This document shows positions 28,127-37,840 of a stretch of DNA of 64,000 nt, piece by piece. Origin of the DNA: an uncultured Nitrospiraceae bacterium (lineage in GTDB: Bacteria; Nitrospirota; Nitrospiria; Nitrospirales; Nitrospiraceae). The stretch is from assembly GCA_963824855.1 (NCBI GenBank), contig CAWGQP010000002.1, positions 17,858 through 81,857 on the forward strand. Direction: 5' to 3'. The notes under the pieces are model-generated. The model was not told the origin of the DNA. It worked only from the letters and a program-made list of their open reading frames with translations, and searched no databases. The position numbers were made by a program, and so were the translations under genes. The stretch's first letter is position 1. Each line of letters opens with the position of its first letter.

Positions 28127-30811
28127 ATGAACGACGACGATCGCACTCCTCGACCCCAGTCCGATACCGATCCCGAAGAAACCCGCGAGTGGCTGGATTC
28201 GCTCGAGTACGTGCTCAAGGCCAAGGGCGCCGACCGGGCTACCTATCTCTTTGAGCGCCTCCGCGACCGGCTCGGCGCCAGCGGCGCCCAGGTCTCCGCG
28301 CCACTCAATACCCCCTACATCAACAGCATCCCGGCCGCCCAGGAACCGCCCTACCCCGGTAATCTGGAAATCGAACGGCGGATCCGGAGCCATATCCGCT
28401 GGAACGCCATGGCAATGGTGGTCAAGGGCAACAAGCAGCATCAGGGCATCGGCGGCCATATTTCGACCTTCGCCTCGGCGGCCACCCTCTATGAAGTCGC
28501 CTTCAACCATTTTCTGCATGGTAAAGACGCCCCGCAGGGCGGCGACCAGGTTTACTTCCAGGGCCATGGAGCGCCGGGGGTCTATGCGCGCAGCTATGTG
28601 GAAGGCCGTCTGCCGGAGGAGGCCTTGCATCACTTCCGCCGCGAAGTGAGCGGTGGACAAGGCCTATCCTCCTATCCCCATCCGTGGCTCTTGCCCGACT
28701 ACTGGGAATTTCCCACCGTATCGATGGGACTTGCCCCCATCATGTCGATCTACCAGGCTCGCTTTAATCGGTATCTCCACGACCGCGGGCTCAAAGATAC
28801 GAGTGCGCAGCGGGTGTGGGCCTTCGTCGGAGACGGCGAAACTGACGAGCCGGAAAGTCTCGGCGCGATTACGCTGGCCTCCCGCGAGCGGCTCGACAAT
28901 TTGATCTGGGTCGTCAACTGCAACCTGCAGCGCCTCGACGGACCTGTCCGCGGGAACGGCAAGATCATTCAGGAACTGGAAGCCATCTTCCGCGGGGCCG
29001 GTTGGAACGTCATCAAAGTGATCTGGGGCGGCGACTGGGATGCGTTGCTGGCGCAGGACGACGAAGGCCTGCTGGTGAAGCGTATGGGCGAGGTGGTGGA
29101 CGGCTGGTATCAGAAGTACACGGTGGAAGGCGGCGGGTTCGCACGGACGCACTTCTTCGGCGCCGATCCGCGCCTGCTGAAGCTGGTGGAGACCTATTCC
29201 GATGAGCAGATCCACAAGATGCTGCGCGGAGGCCATGACCCGCGCAAAGTCTATGCAGCGTACAAGGCTGCAATTGAGCACAAGGGCCAGCCCACCGTGA
29301 TCCTGGCGAAGACCATTAAGGGCTACGGCTTGGGTGAAGCGGGCGAAGGCCGCAACATCACCCATCAGCAAAAGAAGATGAATGAGCATGAACTGCGCGA
29401 GTTCCGCACGCGGTTCGGCGTTCCGGTGTCGGACGATCAGCTCGGCTCCACCCCGTTCTTCCGCCCTCCGGCCGGCAGTCCGGAGGCTGCCTACCTCGTC
29501 GAGCGGCGCAAGGCCATGGGCGGTCCGCTCCCGGAACGGCGGGTGAAGGTCGAATCGCTCGAGACGCCGGCGCTCGAGGCGTTTAAGGAATTCATCGAAG
29601 GCTCGGGAGAGCGCGCGGTTTCGACGACGATGGGATTTGCCCGCATGCTGGGACGCCTGCTCGGCATGAAAGACTTCGGGAAACACCTCGTGCCGATCAT
29701 TCCCGACGAAGCCCGGACGTTCGGCCTCGAGGCGCTGTTCCGACAGTATGGCATCTATTCGCACATTGGCCAGCTCTATGAACCGGTCGACAAGAGTTCG
29801 CTGCTTTATTACTTTGAAGCAAAAAACGGCCAGATCTTGGAAGAAGGCATCACCGAAGCGGGCGCGCTATCGTCGTTCATTGCCGCTGGGTCGGCCTATG
29901 CGACGCACGCGCTCAACACGATCCCCTTCTACATTTTTTACTCGATGTTCGGGTTTCAGCGCGTCGGCGATCTGATCTGGGCCGCCTCCGACATGAGAGT
30001 CCGCGGCTTTCTCTTAGGGGCGACGGCCGGGCGGACGACCTTGGAAGGCGAAGGCCTGCAGCACCAGGACGGACACAGTCATCTGCTGGCGAGCGCCTTT
30101 CCCACCATAGCCGCCTACGATCCGGCCTTTATGTTCGAGCTCGCGATCATTCTGCAGGACGGACTGAAGCGTATGTATCAGGATCAAGAAGAGCTGTCCT
30201 ATTACATCACGCTCTACAATGAATCTTATCCAATGCCCGCGATGCCGGCGAATGCGGAAGAAGGGATCCGTGAAGGAATGTACCGTTTCCGGCCTGCGCC
30301 GGAGAAGGGCAAGCACCGCGCGCATCTCCTGGCGAGCGGCCCGCTCGTCAATGAGGCGCTCAAGGCGCAGGAGCTGCTGCTGCAGCGCTACGGCGTGGCG
30401 GCGGACGTGTGGAGCGTAACGAGTTACAAAACGCTGCGGGTCAAGACGCTCGAGGCCGAGCGCTGGAACCTATGGCATCCGGATGAGCCGCCGCGCGTCA
30501 GCTATCTCCAGAAGATCGTGCAGCGGTTCGACGGCCCCTGTGTGGCGGTGAGCGATTACGTCCGGCTGGTCAGCCAGCAGATCAGTCCGTGGATACCGGG
30601 CGGCTTGCTCGCACTAGGAACCGATGGATTCGGCCGGAGCGATACGCGCAAGGCGCTGCGCCGGTTTTTCGAAATCGATGCCGAGCATCTGGCCGTTGCG
30701 ACGTTGTATGCGCTGCATCAGCAGGGCGCGAAGATCACGGCAAAGACCGTGCGGCAGGCTGCGCAGGATCTGGGACTGGCGCCGGACGACCAGGCGCCTT
30801 GGCAGCATTAA
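28127..30811 (+). CDS. aceE: Pyruvate dehydrogenase E1, homodimeric type
   Basis: DPEETREW, GGHISTFASAA, GLSSYPHP, FPTVSMGL, GDGETDEPES, GEGLQHQDGHS. Confidence 0.97.
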   Translation: MNDDDRTPRPQSDTDPEETREWLDSLEYVLKAKGADRATYLFERLRDRLGASGAQVSAPLNTPYINSIPAAQEPPYPGNLEIERRIRSHIRWNAMAMVVKGNKQHQGIGGHISTFASAATLYEVAFNHFLHGKDAPQGGDQVYFQGHGAPGVYARSYVEGRLPEEALHHFRREVSGGQGLSSYPHPWLLPDYWEFPTVSMGLAPIMSIYQARFNRYLHDRGLKDTSAQRVWAFVGDGETDEPESLGAITLASRERLDNLIWVVNCNLQRLDGPVRGNGKIIQELEAIFRGAGWNVIKVIWGGDWDALLAQDDEGLLVKRMGEVVDGWYQKYTVEGGGFARTHFFGADPRLLKLVETYSDEQIHKMLRGGHDPRKVYAAYKAAIEHKGQPTVILAKTIKGYGLGEAGEGRNITHQQKKMNEHELREFRTRFGVPVSDDQLGSTPFFRPPAGSPEAAYLVERRKAMGGPLPERRVKVESLETPALEAFKEFIEGSGERAVSTTMGFARMLGRLLGMKDFGKHLVPIIPDEARTFGLEALFRQYGIYSHIGQLYEPVDKSSLLYYFEAKNGQILEEGITEAGALSSFIAAGSAYATHALNTIPFYIFYSMFGFQRVGDLIWAASDMRVRGFLLGATAGRTTLEGEGLQHQDGHSHLLASAFPTIAAYDPAFMFELAIILQDGLKRMYQDQEELSYYITLYNESYPMPAMPANAEEGIREGMYRFRPAPEKGKHRAHLLASGPLVNEALKAQELLLQRYGVAADVWSVTSYKTLRVKTLEAERWNLWHPDEPPRVSYLQKIVQRFDGPCVAVSDYVRLVSQQISPWIPGGLLALGTDGFGRSDTRKALRRFFEIDAEHLAVATLYALHQQGAKITAKTVRQAAQDLGLAPDDQAPWQH

Positions 30812-30812
30812 C

Positions 30813-31008
30813 GGCTTGCTGAAAAAGACCGCCAGCGGCGTTCTCGCGTCGCTTAGAGTCTCAACGTACGGCCCGGGACGGAGCTGCGGCAGCTCGAGGA
30901 AGGCGGGTGAAAATGAGGTTACGCATCGCCTCTTCGTCGTTCTCACCCGCCCAACCCCAGCGCGCCGAGACGCGCTGTTCCGCGGGCGGCCGCAGTTTGA
31001 GAGTATCC
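30813..31008 (+). mobile_element. MITE-like element inside the PDH operon carrying a P module
   Basis: Starts GGCTTGCTGAAAAA (resembles the 48.8-kb element end), degenerate right end TTTGAGAGTATCC; contains TTCTCACCCGCCCAACCCCAGCGCGCCGAGACGCG...CGGCCGCAG as in the 48.8-kb element. Confidence 0.55.
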
Positions 31009-31032
31009 GGACTTCGCGAAGGATGAATAGCC

Positions 31033-32493
31033 ATGAGAGTGGAACTGCCGTTTCTGGCTGAAGGCGTCGAAGGCGGTGACGTCGTCCAAGTCCTGGTCAA
31101 AGAAGGCGATCAGGTGACGGAAGGACAGGCGCTGATCGAGCTGGAAACCGATAAAGCCACCGTGCCGGTGCCGGCACCGTCCGCCGGCACGGTCACACAC
31201 CTGCTCGTGAAAAAAGGCGACCATCTGAAGGTTGGGCAGGCGCTGGTGGAGCTGAACGGCGAGGGCGAAGCGGCTCCTCAAAAAGCAGCGGCGCCGAAGA
31301 CCGCAGGCGACAGCAAGCCTGCAGCCGAGAAGTCGCCGGACAAGAAGTCCACCCAAGCGTCCTGGCACGAGCAACCGGCTGCCACACCTGCTCCGCAGTC
31401 ATCCTCTGATCCGCAGTCCGCCCCGGCCCCGCAGCCGCCGCCTGCCGTCGAGGCCGCGCATGCTAAATCTGTCGAGGAGCGTGAGAAGCCGCCGGCACAA
31501 TCGTCCTCTTCACCTGCATCTTCTGCGTCGGGAACGAAAACGGCATCGCCGGCTCACGCCGGCTCGTCAGAATCCCCGTCCACAGGCGCGGGCGTTGCTG
31601 CGCCACCGTCCGTACGACGGCTGGCACGCGAACTCGGCGTGGATCTCGGTCATGTGAAAGGCTCCGAAGCGGGCGGACGGATCACGGCAGAAGACGTCAA
31701 GGCGTACGTGCGCGAGCGGACGCGGCGCGCGGGTGCGCCGTCGAGCCAGGCCGGCCACGAAAAAGGCGGCACTGTCTTTTCCACGACGTACGGCAGCGAA
31801 CGGCGGGAAGCGATACCATCGCTCAGGCGAAAAATCGCCGCGACGGTCACCCAGGCCTGGACCACGATCCCACACGTCCATCAGTTTCAGGAGGCCGATA
31901 TCACCGACCTCCTTGGCCTGCACAAGCGCTATGCACCGCAATTCAAAGAGAAAGGCGCGACGTTGACGCTGACCAGCCTGTTCCTCAAGACCGTCACGCA
32001 TGCGCTCAAACTTTACCCGCAGTTCAACGCAACGCTCGACCTGACCAACGGCGAAGTGATCTACAAGGAGTACTACAACATCGGGGTGGCGGTGGAGACG
32101 CCGGATGGGTTGATCGTGCCGGTCGTCCATCATGTCGATCAGAAAGATCTGCTGCAGATTTCCCTGGAGCTGGCCGATCTGGCCGAACGCACCCGCACGC
32201 GGAAAGTCACGCTCGAAGAGCTGCGCGGCGCCACGTTCACCGTGAGCAACATGGGCGGGCTGGGCGCCGGCCCCTTCATGCCCATCGTCTATCCGCCGCA
32301 GGTCGCGATCCTGGGCGTTGGGAAGGGCCAGCGGAAGGCGGTCTATCGCGACGGCCAATTTATTCCTCGCATGATGCTGCCGCTCTGCGTGGCCTACGAC
32401 CACCGGCTGATCGACGGCGCGGACGGCGCGCGCTTCTCCAACGAGATCGTCAAGGTCCTGGAAGACTTCCAAGCGATGTTCCTTGGATTGTAA
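31033..32493 (+). CDS. aceF: Dihydrolipoamide acetyltransferase E2
   Basis: Lipoyl domain ETDKA, Ala/Pro/Ser linker, PPSVRRLARELGVDL, YDHRLIDGADGARF. Confidence 0.93.
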   Translation: MRVELPFLAEGVEGGDVVQVLVKEGDQVTEGQALIELETDKATVPVPAPSAGTVTHLLVKKGDHLKVGQALVELNGEGEAAPQKAAAPKTAGDSKPAAEKSPDKKSTQASWHEQPAATPAPQSSSDPQSAPAPQPPPAVEAAHAKSVEEREKPPAQSSSSPASSASGTKTASPAHAGSSESPSTGAGVAAPPSVRRLARELGVDLGHVKGSEAGGRITAEDVKAYVRERTRRAGAPSSQAGHEKGGTVFSTTYGSERREAIPSLRRKIAATVTQAWTTIPHVHQFQEADITDLLGLHKRYAPQFKEKGATLTLTSLFLKTVTHALKLYPQFNATLDLTNGEVIYKEYYNIGVAVETPDGLIVPVVHHVDQKDLLQISLELADLAERTRTRKVTLEELRGATFTVSNMGGLGAGPFMPIVYPPQVAILGVGKGQRKAVYRDGQFIPRMMLPLCVAYDHRLIDGADGARFSNEIVKVLEDFQAMFLGL

Positions 32494-32508
32494 CTGAGCA
32501 AGACATCT

Positions 32509-33924
32509 ATGGCGGATTCGCACTATGACGTGGCGGTGATCGGCGGAGGGCCGGGCGGGTATGCCGCGGCCTTCCAGGCGGCGGATATCGGATTGCGCAC
32601 CGCCTTGATCGATCAGGACGCGCAACTGGGCGGCGTCTGCCTCCTGCGCGGCTGTATTCCCTCGAAGGCGTTGCTGCACGCGGCCCGCCTGATCACCGAC
32701 GCGGAAGACGCGCAGGGCTGGGGCATTCAATTTGACAAGCCGAAGGTCGATCTCGAGTCCTTGCGCCGCCGGACGCAGACGATCATTGGCAAGCTGACCA
32801 AAGGTGTGCAAACTCTGGCGGCCAGCCGCAAGGTGGACGTTATCAAAGCGCGCGCGACGTTCAAGAACGGCACAACGCTCACGCTGTCGGGTGACGGACC
32901 GCGCGAAATCTCGTTCGCCCATGCGATCCTCGCCACCGGCTCGCGGCCAGCGATGCCGCCCTCGCTCAAAGTGGACGACCCTCGCGTGATGGATTCGACG
33001 GGTGCGCTGGACCTACCGCAGATTCCCGGACGCCTCTTGGTCGTCGGCGGCGGCTACATCGGCCTGGAATTGGGCACCGTCTATCAGGCACTTGGCTCCG
33101 AGGTGACGTTGGTCGAAGCCCTGCCGCATCTGCTCAACGGGGCGGACCCCGATCTGGTGCGGCCGCTGCAACTGCGCATGCAGCGGCGGTTCAAGGCCAT
33201 CCAGCTCACCACGAAAGTCGAAAAACTCGAGCCCCGCAAGGACGGTATCGTCGTGACCTGCACGGGGCCTGATGGCAGTGCCAAGGACGTGTTTGACCGC
33301 GTGCTCATCGCCGTCGGACGGAAGCCCAACACAGAGCAGTTGGGGCTGGAGCAGACGAAGATCGGATTATCCAAGCAGGGCTTCATCCAGGTCGATCGGC
33401 AGATGCGGACGGCCGAACCGAGCATCTTCGCGATCGGTGATGTGGTCGGCGAGCCGATGCTCGCGCATAAAGCCTCACATGAAGGCCTGGTCGCCGCGCG
33501 AGTGATCGCCGGTCAACAAGCGGCGTTCGATGCGACGATTCCAGCCGTCATCTTTACCGATCCTGAAATAGCTTGGTGCGGACTCACGGAAGAGGCGGCC
33601 AAGGCTTCGGGACAAGCCGTGACGATCGCGCGGTTCCCGTGGGCAGCCTCAGGCCGCGCCACCACGTTGGGACGCAACGACGGCCTGACGAAATTGGTGC
33701 TGGACGCGGAGTCGGGCCGAGTCCTCGGCGTGGGGATCTGCGGCGTCGGCGCAGGCGAGCTGATCGCCGAAGGCGTGCTGGCGGTCGAAATGGGCGCGGT
33801 GGCCGAAGACGTCGCCGCGGCGATTCACCCGCATCCGACCTTGAGCGAGACGGTTATGGAAGCGGCCGAAGCGTTCCACGGCCAACCCACCCATCTCTAC
33901 CTCTCGAAGACCTCAAAGCGATAA
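32509..33924 (+). CDS. lpdA: Dihydrolipoamide dehydrogenase E3
   Basis: GGGPGGY, GGVCLLRGCIPSK, HPHPTLSE. Confidence 0.96.
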   Translation: MADSHYDVAVIGGGPGGYAAAFQAADIGLRTALIDQDAQLGGVCLLRGCIPSKALLHAARLITDAEDAQGWGIQFDKPKVDLESLRRRTQTIIGKLTKGVQTLAASRKVDVIKARATFKNGTTLTLSGDGPREISFAHAILATGSRPAMPPSLKVDDPRVMDSTGALDLPQIPGRLLVVGGGYIGLELGTVYQALGSEVTLVEALPHLLNGADPDLVRPLQLRMQRRFKAIQLTTKVEKLEPRKDGIVVTCTGPDGSAKDVFDRVLIAVGRKPNTEQLGLEQTKIGLSKQGFIQVDRQMRTAEPSIFAIGDVVGEPMLAHKASHEGLVAARVIAGQQAAFDATIPAVIFTDPEIAWCGLTEEAAKASGQAVTIARFPWAASGRATTLGRNDGLTKLVLDAESGRVLGVGICGVGAGELIAEGVLAVEMGAVAEDVAAAIHPHPTLSETVMEAAEAFHGQPTHLYLSKTSKR

Positions 33925-34098
33925 CGCCGTGCGTGCACTCCGTCTGCTCGACCTGACCCTGCCCTCTCCGGTGGAAAATCTCCCCCTGGACGACGCCTTG
34001 ATAGAAGAACCCGATGAGAGCGGCGGCGATTCGATCCTGCGCTTTTGGGAAAGCGACCGCCACTTCCTGAACTACCACTCTGTTGCTGAGGAGGAATC

Positions 34099-34338
34099 AT
34101 GAAGAAGCTCGATTCCCGGAGCCGTGTGACGAAGAAACCAGCGGCTGCGTCAAAGGTGCGCGATAACACTGCCGATTTACGTCAGCAGTTGGAGGATTTG
34201 TCCGAGAAGATCGATCTCGTGCTGCCGGAAGTCACGGCTCGTGTCGCCGCGCTCGAGCATCTCCTCCGTGAAAAGCAGCTCGTCACCAGGCAAGATCTGG
34301 TTTCGGCCAGAAGCTTCGTCCGTCTGCAAGAAGAATGA
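34099..34338 (+). CDS. Small coiled-coil hypothetical protein
   Basis: GAGGAGG RBS; heptad pattern. Confidence 0.6.
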   Translation: MKKLDSRSRVTKKPAAASKVRDNTADLRQQLEDLSEKIDLVLPEVTARVAALEHLLREKQLVTRQDLVSARSFVRLQEE

Positions 34339-34341
34339 GTA

Positions 34342-34580
34342 CGCTGCGGGCATGGTCGTCCACTGCTCCGGCGATGGGTGAAACCGCAGGGCCCTCTCGC
34401 TGCTTGGCTCCGCAACTTGGTCCGTCCTGAACTTCGTCCGAACGGACCTTCGAACAGTGCGTCTCGCCATCGCTAAAGACGACCGCAGCGACAGGCCCCT
34501 GCACCCCATCGCAAGTCGCACGCGACGACCATCGACCGCAGCGGGAGAAGAAAGAGCGAGCAAGCTTGGAGGGATCAATA
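34342..34580 (-). repeat. Complete, un-nested A-type hairpin element
   Basis: Leader TTGATCCCTCCAAGCTTGCTCGCT; outer stem CGCTGCGGTCGATGGTCGTC / GACGACCATGCCCGCAGCG; inner stem GGTCCGTTC / GGACGGACC. Confidence 0.85.
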
Positions 34581-34718
34581 AAGGCGCGCACGTTTTGAGA
34601 CCAATTGCGTCTTCCCGACGGATGTGTCAGCGTGCTCGCGAGTGCGATGTGCCGCTACCCGCGCAATCTCGCACATACCGCGGGGGTATTTCACGGCATC
34701 CGCCGCTGTCGGTGATCA

Positions 34719-35432
34719 GTGATGAGTGACCAAGTGCGGGCACAGACATCGCTCAAGAAGCGCCTCGAGCGTTGGGTGAAGTTTTCGTTGTTGCCGCCAG
34801 TCGGCGCCGCGCTGGTGTGGGCCATCGCGGCGACCATGCGCACCAAGACACGCGGGCATGAAGAGGTCGACGCCGTGTATCGGAGCGGAGGCCACATTAT
34901 CCTCGCCTTCTGGCATGCCCAGCAACTCATGATTCCGGCGGGGTATCGCGGAACGGGGGCCAATGTTCTGATCAGTCAGCACGGCGATGGCGAGATCATT
35001 GCCCGCATCATTGCCCACTTCGGTCATGAGGCGGTTCGAGGCTCGAGCACCCGAGGCGGAGCTGGTGCGCTCCGAACGCTAATCAAGCTGGGACGTGCCG
35101 GCAAGGATCTGGTCGTAACCCCCGATGGGCCGAAAGGGCCACGACAGGTGGCAAAGCTGGGCATTGTGCAACTGGCGAAGGCCACCGGACTGCCGATTGT
35201 CCCCTTAGCCTTTGCCTGCTCAAGAAAGCAACTCTTCTCGAGCTGGGATCACTTTATGGTCCCCTATCCCTTCTCAAGGGGTTTGTTTCTCTATGGAAAG
35301 CCGATGTTCGTGTCGCGGGAAGGCGACGATCTCGCGCTCGAAGCCGACCGCCTTGTGCTCGAGACGGAACTCAATCGGCTGACGGACGAGGCTGAACTAG
35401 CGGTGAGCGTGAAGCACCTTTACTCTAAGTGA
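34719..35432 (+). CDS. Lysophospholipid acyltransferase family (DUF374)
   Basis: LAFWH, LISQHGDGE, RGSSTRGG, TPDGPKGP, SWD.F.VP.PF. Confidence 0.9.
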   Translation: MMSDQVRAQTSLKKRLERWVKFSLLPPVGAALVWAIAATMRTKTRGHEEVDAVYRSGGHIILAFWHAQQLMIPAGYRGTGANVLISQHGDGEIIARIIAHFGHEAVRGSSTRGGAGALRTLIKLGRAGKDLVVTPDGPKGPRQVAKLGIVQLAKATGLPIVPLAFACSRKQLFSSWDHFMVPYPFSRGLFLYGKPMFVSREGDDLALEADRLVLETELNRLTDEAELAVSVKHLYSK

Positions 35433-35510
35433 TCCCTCCAAGCTTGCTTATTTCCTGTCATCACATCGAGGGTGGATGGTGGAGCTAGCTGCGACTTGCG
35501 AGGGCGACCT
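35430..35510 (+). repeat. Truncated A-type element (left arm)
   Basis: TGATCCCTCCAAGCTTGCTT...GGTGGATGGTGG...TGCGACTTGCGAGGG; its TGA is the stop codon of the upstream gene. Confidence 0.75.
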
Positions 35511-35558
35511 TACTCTTTCCTCTCACTTACTATTCCAGATTCAACCTTTGACGTCCCG

Positions 35559-36116
35559 TTACGCCGCTGCCCACCGCTTGTCGAAGTAATGGGCCTCGGG
35601 CGGCGTCGGCTGTACGACCGTGGCCTGGGGGCCTTTTTCGCCCGGTTCGACGTTCAGGCTCACTTCCATGCCGTCCATTTGCTCGAAGGCGGCATCACGC
35701 ACCGCATTCTTGTGAAAGTACACCTCAGTCCCATCCTCGAGCGTAATGAAGCCGTAGTCTTGTCCGGGAAACAGCTTCGTCACAATCCCCCGCTCGGGCG
35801 GCTCGCTGACATGGACCTCATGTGATGTCCGCTTTTCGTGGATTCTGTCCAGCTCGAGCCCCAGCGCTTCGAACGTCAGGCGGATGGCTTCATCGAACGT
35901 CTCATGGTGCTTCGCGGCCGTGATCGTATGCCCAGGAATCTGCACGACGAGGAGCACGCTGTGAGAATCGGCCGGCTTGCGGTGATCGTGCTTTGTGAGT
36001 GTGACGCGGATATGCGTGATCTCAGGATTTCGATGTAAATCAGCTACCCGCGATTCGATGTCGGAACGCCACTCGGGTCTAAGAGCGGTTTGCCGTCCTT
36101 CGATTTCCAGATCCAT
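35559..36116 (-). CDS. HPF/RaiA ribosome-associated domain fused to cold-shock domain
   Basis: N-terminal HPF-like fold; C-terminal GIVTKLF..DYGFI...EVYFHKNAV...GEKGPQA. Confidence 0.85.
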   Translation of the reverse strand: MDLEIEGRQTALRPEWRSDIESRVADLHRNPEITHIRVTLTKHDHRKPADSHSVLLVVQIPGHTITAAKHHETFDEAIRLTFEALGLELDRIHEKRTSHEVHVSEPPERGIVTKLFPGQDYGFITLEDGTEVYFHKNAVRDAAFEQMDGMEVSLNVEPGEKGPQATVVQPTPPEAHYFDKRWAAA

Positions 36117-36314
36117 GGTGGGTTCCTCTCCTACAAATAAATAAAATAGTCGCCGGAGCATCCGCCATTAACGCACCCACCTCTGAATAAAGAAAACTAG
36201 CATCATCCCTGGCAGGAATCGTGACGCCCCTAGCGTGAGGAGCCGTGAGAAAAGGATTTGTTGTGAGAGGATAGGGAGGCGCCCGTTAGTCAAGAGTCTT
36301 GAGGAGTCCGAGCA

Positions 36315-36965
36315 TCCTCGTTCTCTCTCACCCTATGAGGCGGATGGTGGACCTAGCTGCGACTTGCGAGGGTGCAGGGCACTGTCGCTGCGGTCGCTTC
36401 AGCAATGGCAAGGACTCAATGATCCATCCAAGCTCGCTCGTTCTCTCCTTTGGGCAAGGGCTGATTGGTCTCCTACTGCGCGCGACATCTCACCCGCCCG
36501 ACCCAGGGCGCGCCGGGACGCGCCCATTGCCGCAAGGAGCACCGCCTAAAATGATTATTCCAAGCTAGCTTGTTCCTTCTCATAAGGAGCAGCTGGTCAA
36601 ACGTGCGCCGAGAAGACCGCCTACCTGCTCGTTTTTTCCATAGAGATGATTCGAAGCTGACGGTGCAGGGCCCGCACTGCGTCGCACGCGATGGCGGACG
36701 CATGTTCGAAGGTCCGTCGATCTAGACGATCGGAGCCAAGATGAGGCCGTACGTCCATCGCCGAAGCAGAAGCGACCATCCTCTCGCAGTTTTCTGGTGT
36801 GCCGCCTTCCGCGAGCACAAGGACTGACCAGGCTGATCCATCCCATTCTGGTGTGCGCGTTGGGCGAGCAAAGGAGACCAACAGCCCTTACGCCCCTTCT
36901 CTTGCGGAGCCAAGCCGACAGGGCCATGCGGTTTCACCCTCGCTGGAGCAAGCGGTCCACCGCGT
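36315..36965 (+). repeat. Four-level nested hairpin locus A[B[C[A']]]
   Basis: A stem 36346-36353/36954-36961; B stem 36456-36473/36873-36889; C stem 36586-36598/36826-36839; degenerate A-like core ~36625-36785. Confidence 0.82.
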
Positions 36966-37813
36966 CACATCTTCACCCTATCTCCACGCTTCACTATCCC
37001 GCCCTGAATCACCTTCGCATAGACCCCGACATTTCCCTCGCTCTGCTGGACGGCTGTCCGGAGGATGCCGTTGTCTTTGGGCAGATCGCCCTGGGCCAGC
37101 GTCGTCATGACGCAGCGGCCGCAAGGGCCGGTGATGGTGAGCCGCACGTCGCCGACCTTGATCGTCTTGCCGACCCACGACTGCTCGACGAAGCCGTTCG
37201 TCCCTTCCGGTGTGTCGACCAGAATGTTGGGACGAAAGCGTTGCGGCTCGAAGCGGCCCTTCGGATAGGCGTTGTGCAATTTGATCAGGGTGGCGATCGT
37301 GATCAGGTGAATCGTCGCGCCGTCGAAAAACGTACCCCGAGGGAGCGTGAAGTCCGTCACCGCGTCCCGATAGTCGAGGCCATCTATATCGGGCCAATAT
37401 TGCTCGGCCTTGCCGGCCCATGCGGCAGGCAGCGTCGCATGGACGCCGCTCATCCAGCCGCGGTCGGCCACCGCGAGGATTACCGTCCGCTTCAAGGCCT
37501 TGGAGAGAACCTGGTGACAGTCGCGCGCGGTGCTTTCCGTATTGGAGCCGTCGTGCAGCGCGATGCGGACGGCCGGAGGCGCGGCGCCATTTTTCGGCGG
37601 CTCGGCGAAGGCCGCCCTGCAGCCAAAGAGCGTCGGCCATTTGACCGGGTTCTTTGCAGACGCGGCCTTGCCTTCGGCTACGTCGATCAGCGCATAGACC
37701 CGATCACCCAGCAGGCCGTGCTGGGTCGCCTCGGCTTCCGATAGCTCCTCGCCCTGCATAGACTTGACCGGATACCGCCACAGCGAGGCGACTTTACCCA
37801 GTTCGGCCGTCAT
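36965..37813 (-). CDS. MOSC domain protein
   Basis: LWRYPVKSMQGE, GDRVYAL, RFRPNI, PCGRCVMTT. Confidence 0.92.
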   Translation of the reverse strand: MTAELGKVASLWRYPVKSMQGEELSEAEATQHGLLGDRVYALIDVAEGKAASAKNPVKWPTLFGCRAAFAEPPKNGAAPPAVRIALHDGSNTESTARDCHQVLSKALKRTVILAVADRGWMSGVHATLPAAWAGKAEQYWPDIDGLDYRDAVTDFTLPRGTFFDGATIHLITIATLIKLHNAYPKGRFEPQRFRPNILVDTPEGTNGFVEQSWVGKTIKVGDVRLTITGPCGRCVMTTLAQGDLPKDNGILRTAVQQSEGNVGVYAKVIQGGIVKRGDRVKM

Positions 37814-37840
37814 GTAGCTCTCCTAAATGAAATTCCGCGA

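Noticed and set aside
36625-36785. A distinct new element at the centre of the nested locus
   Set aside because: It aligns to A-type motifs with many small deletions, so it is a decayed or mis-called A copy
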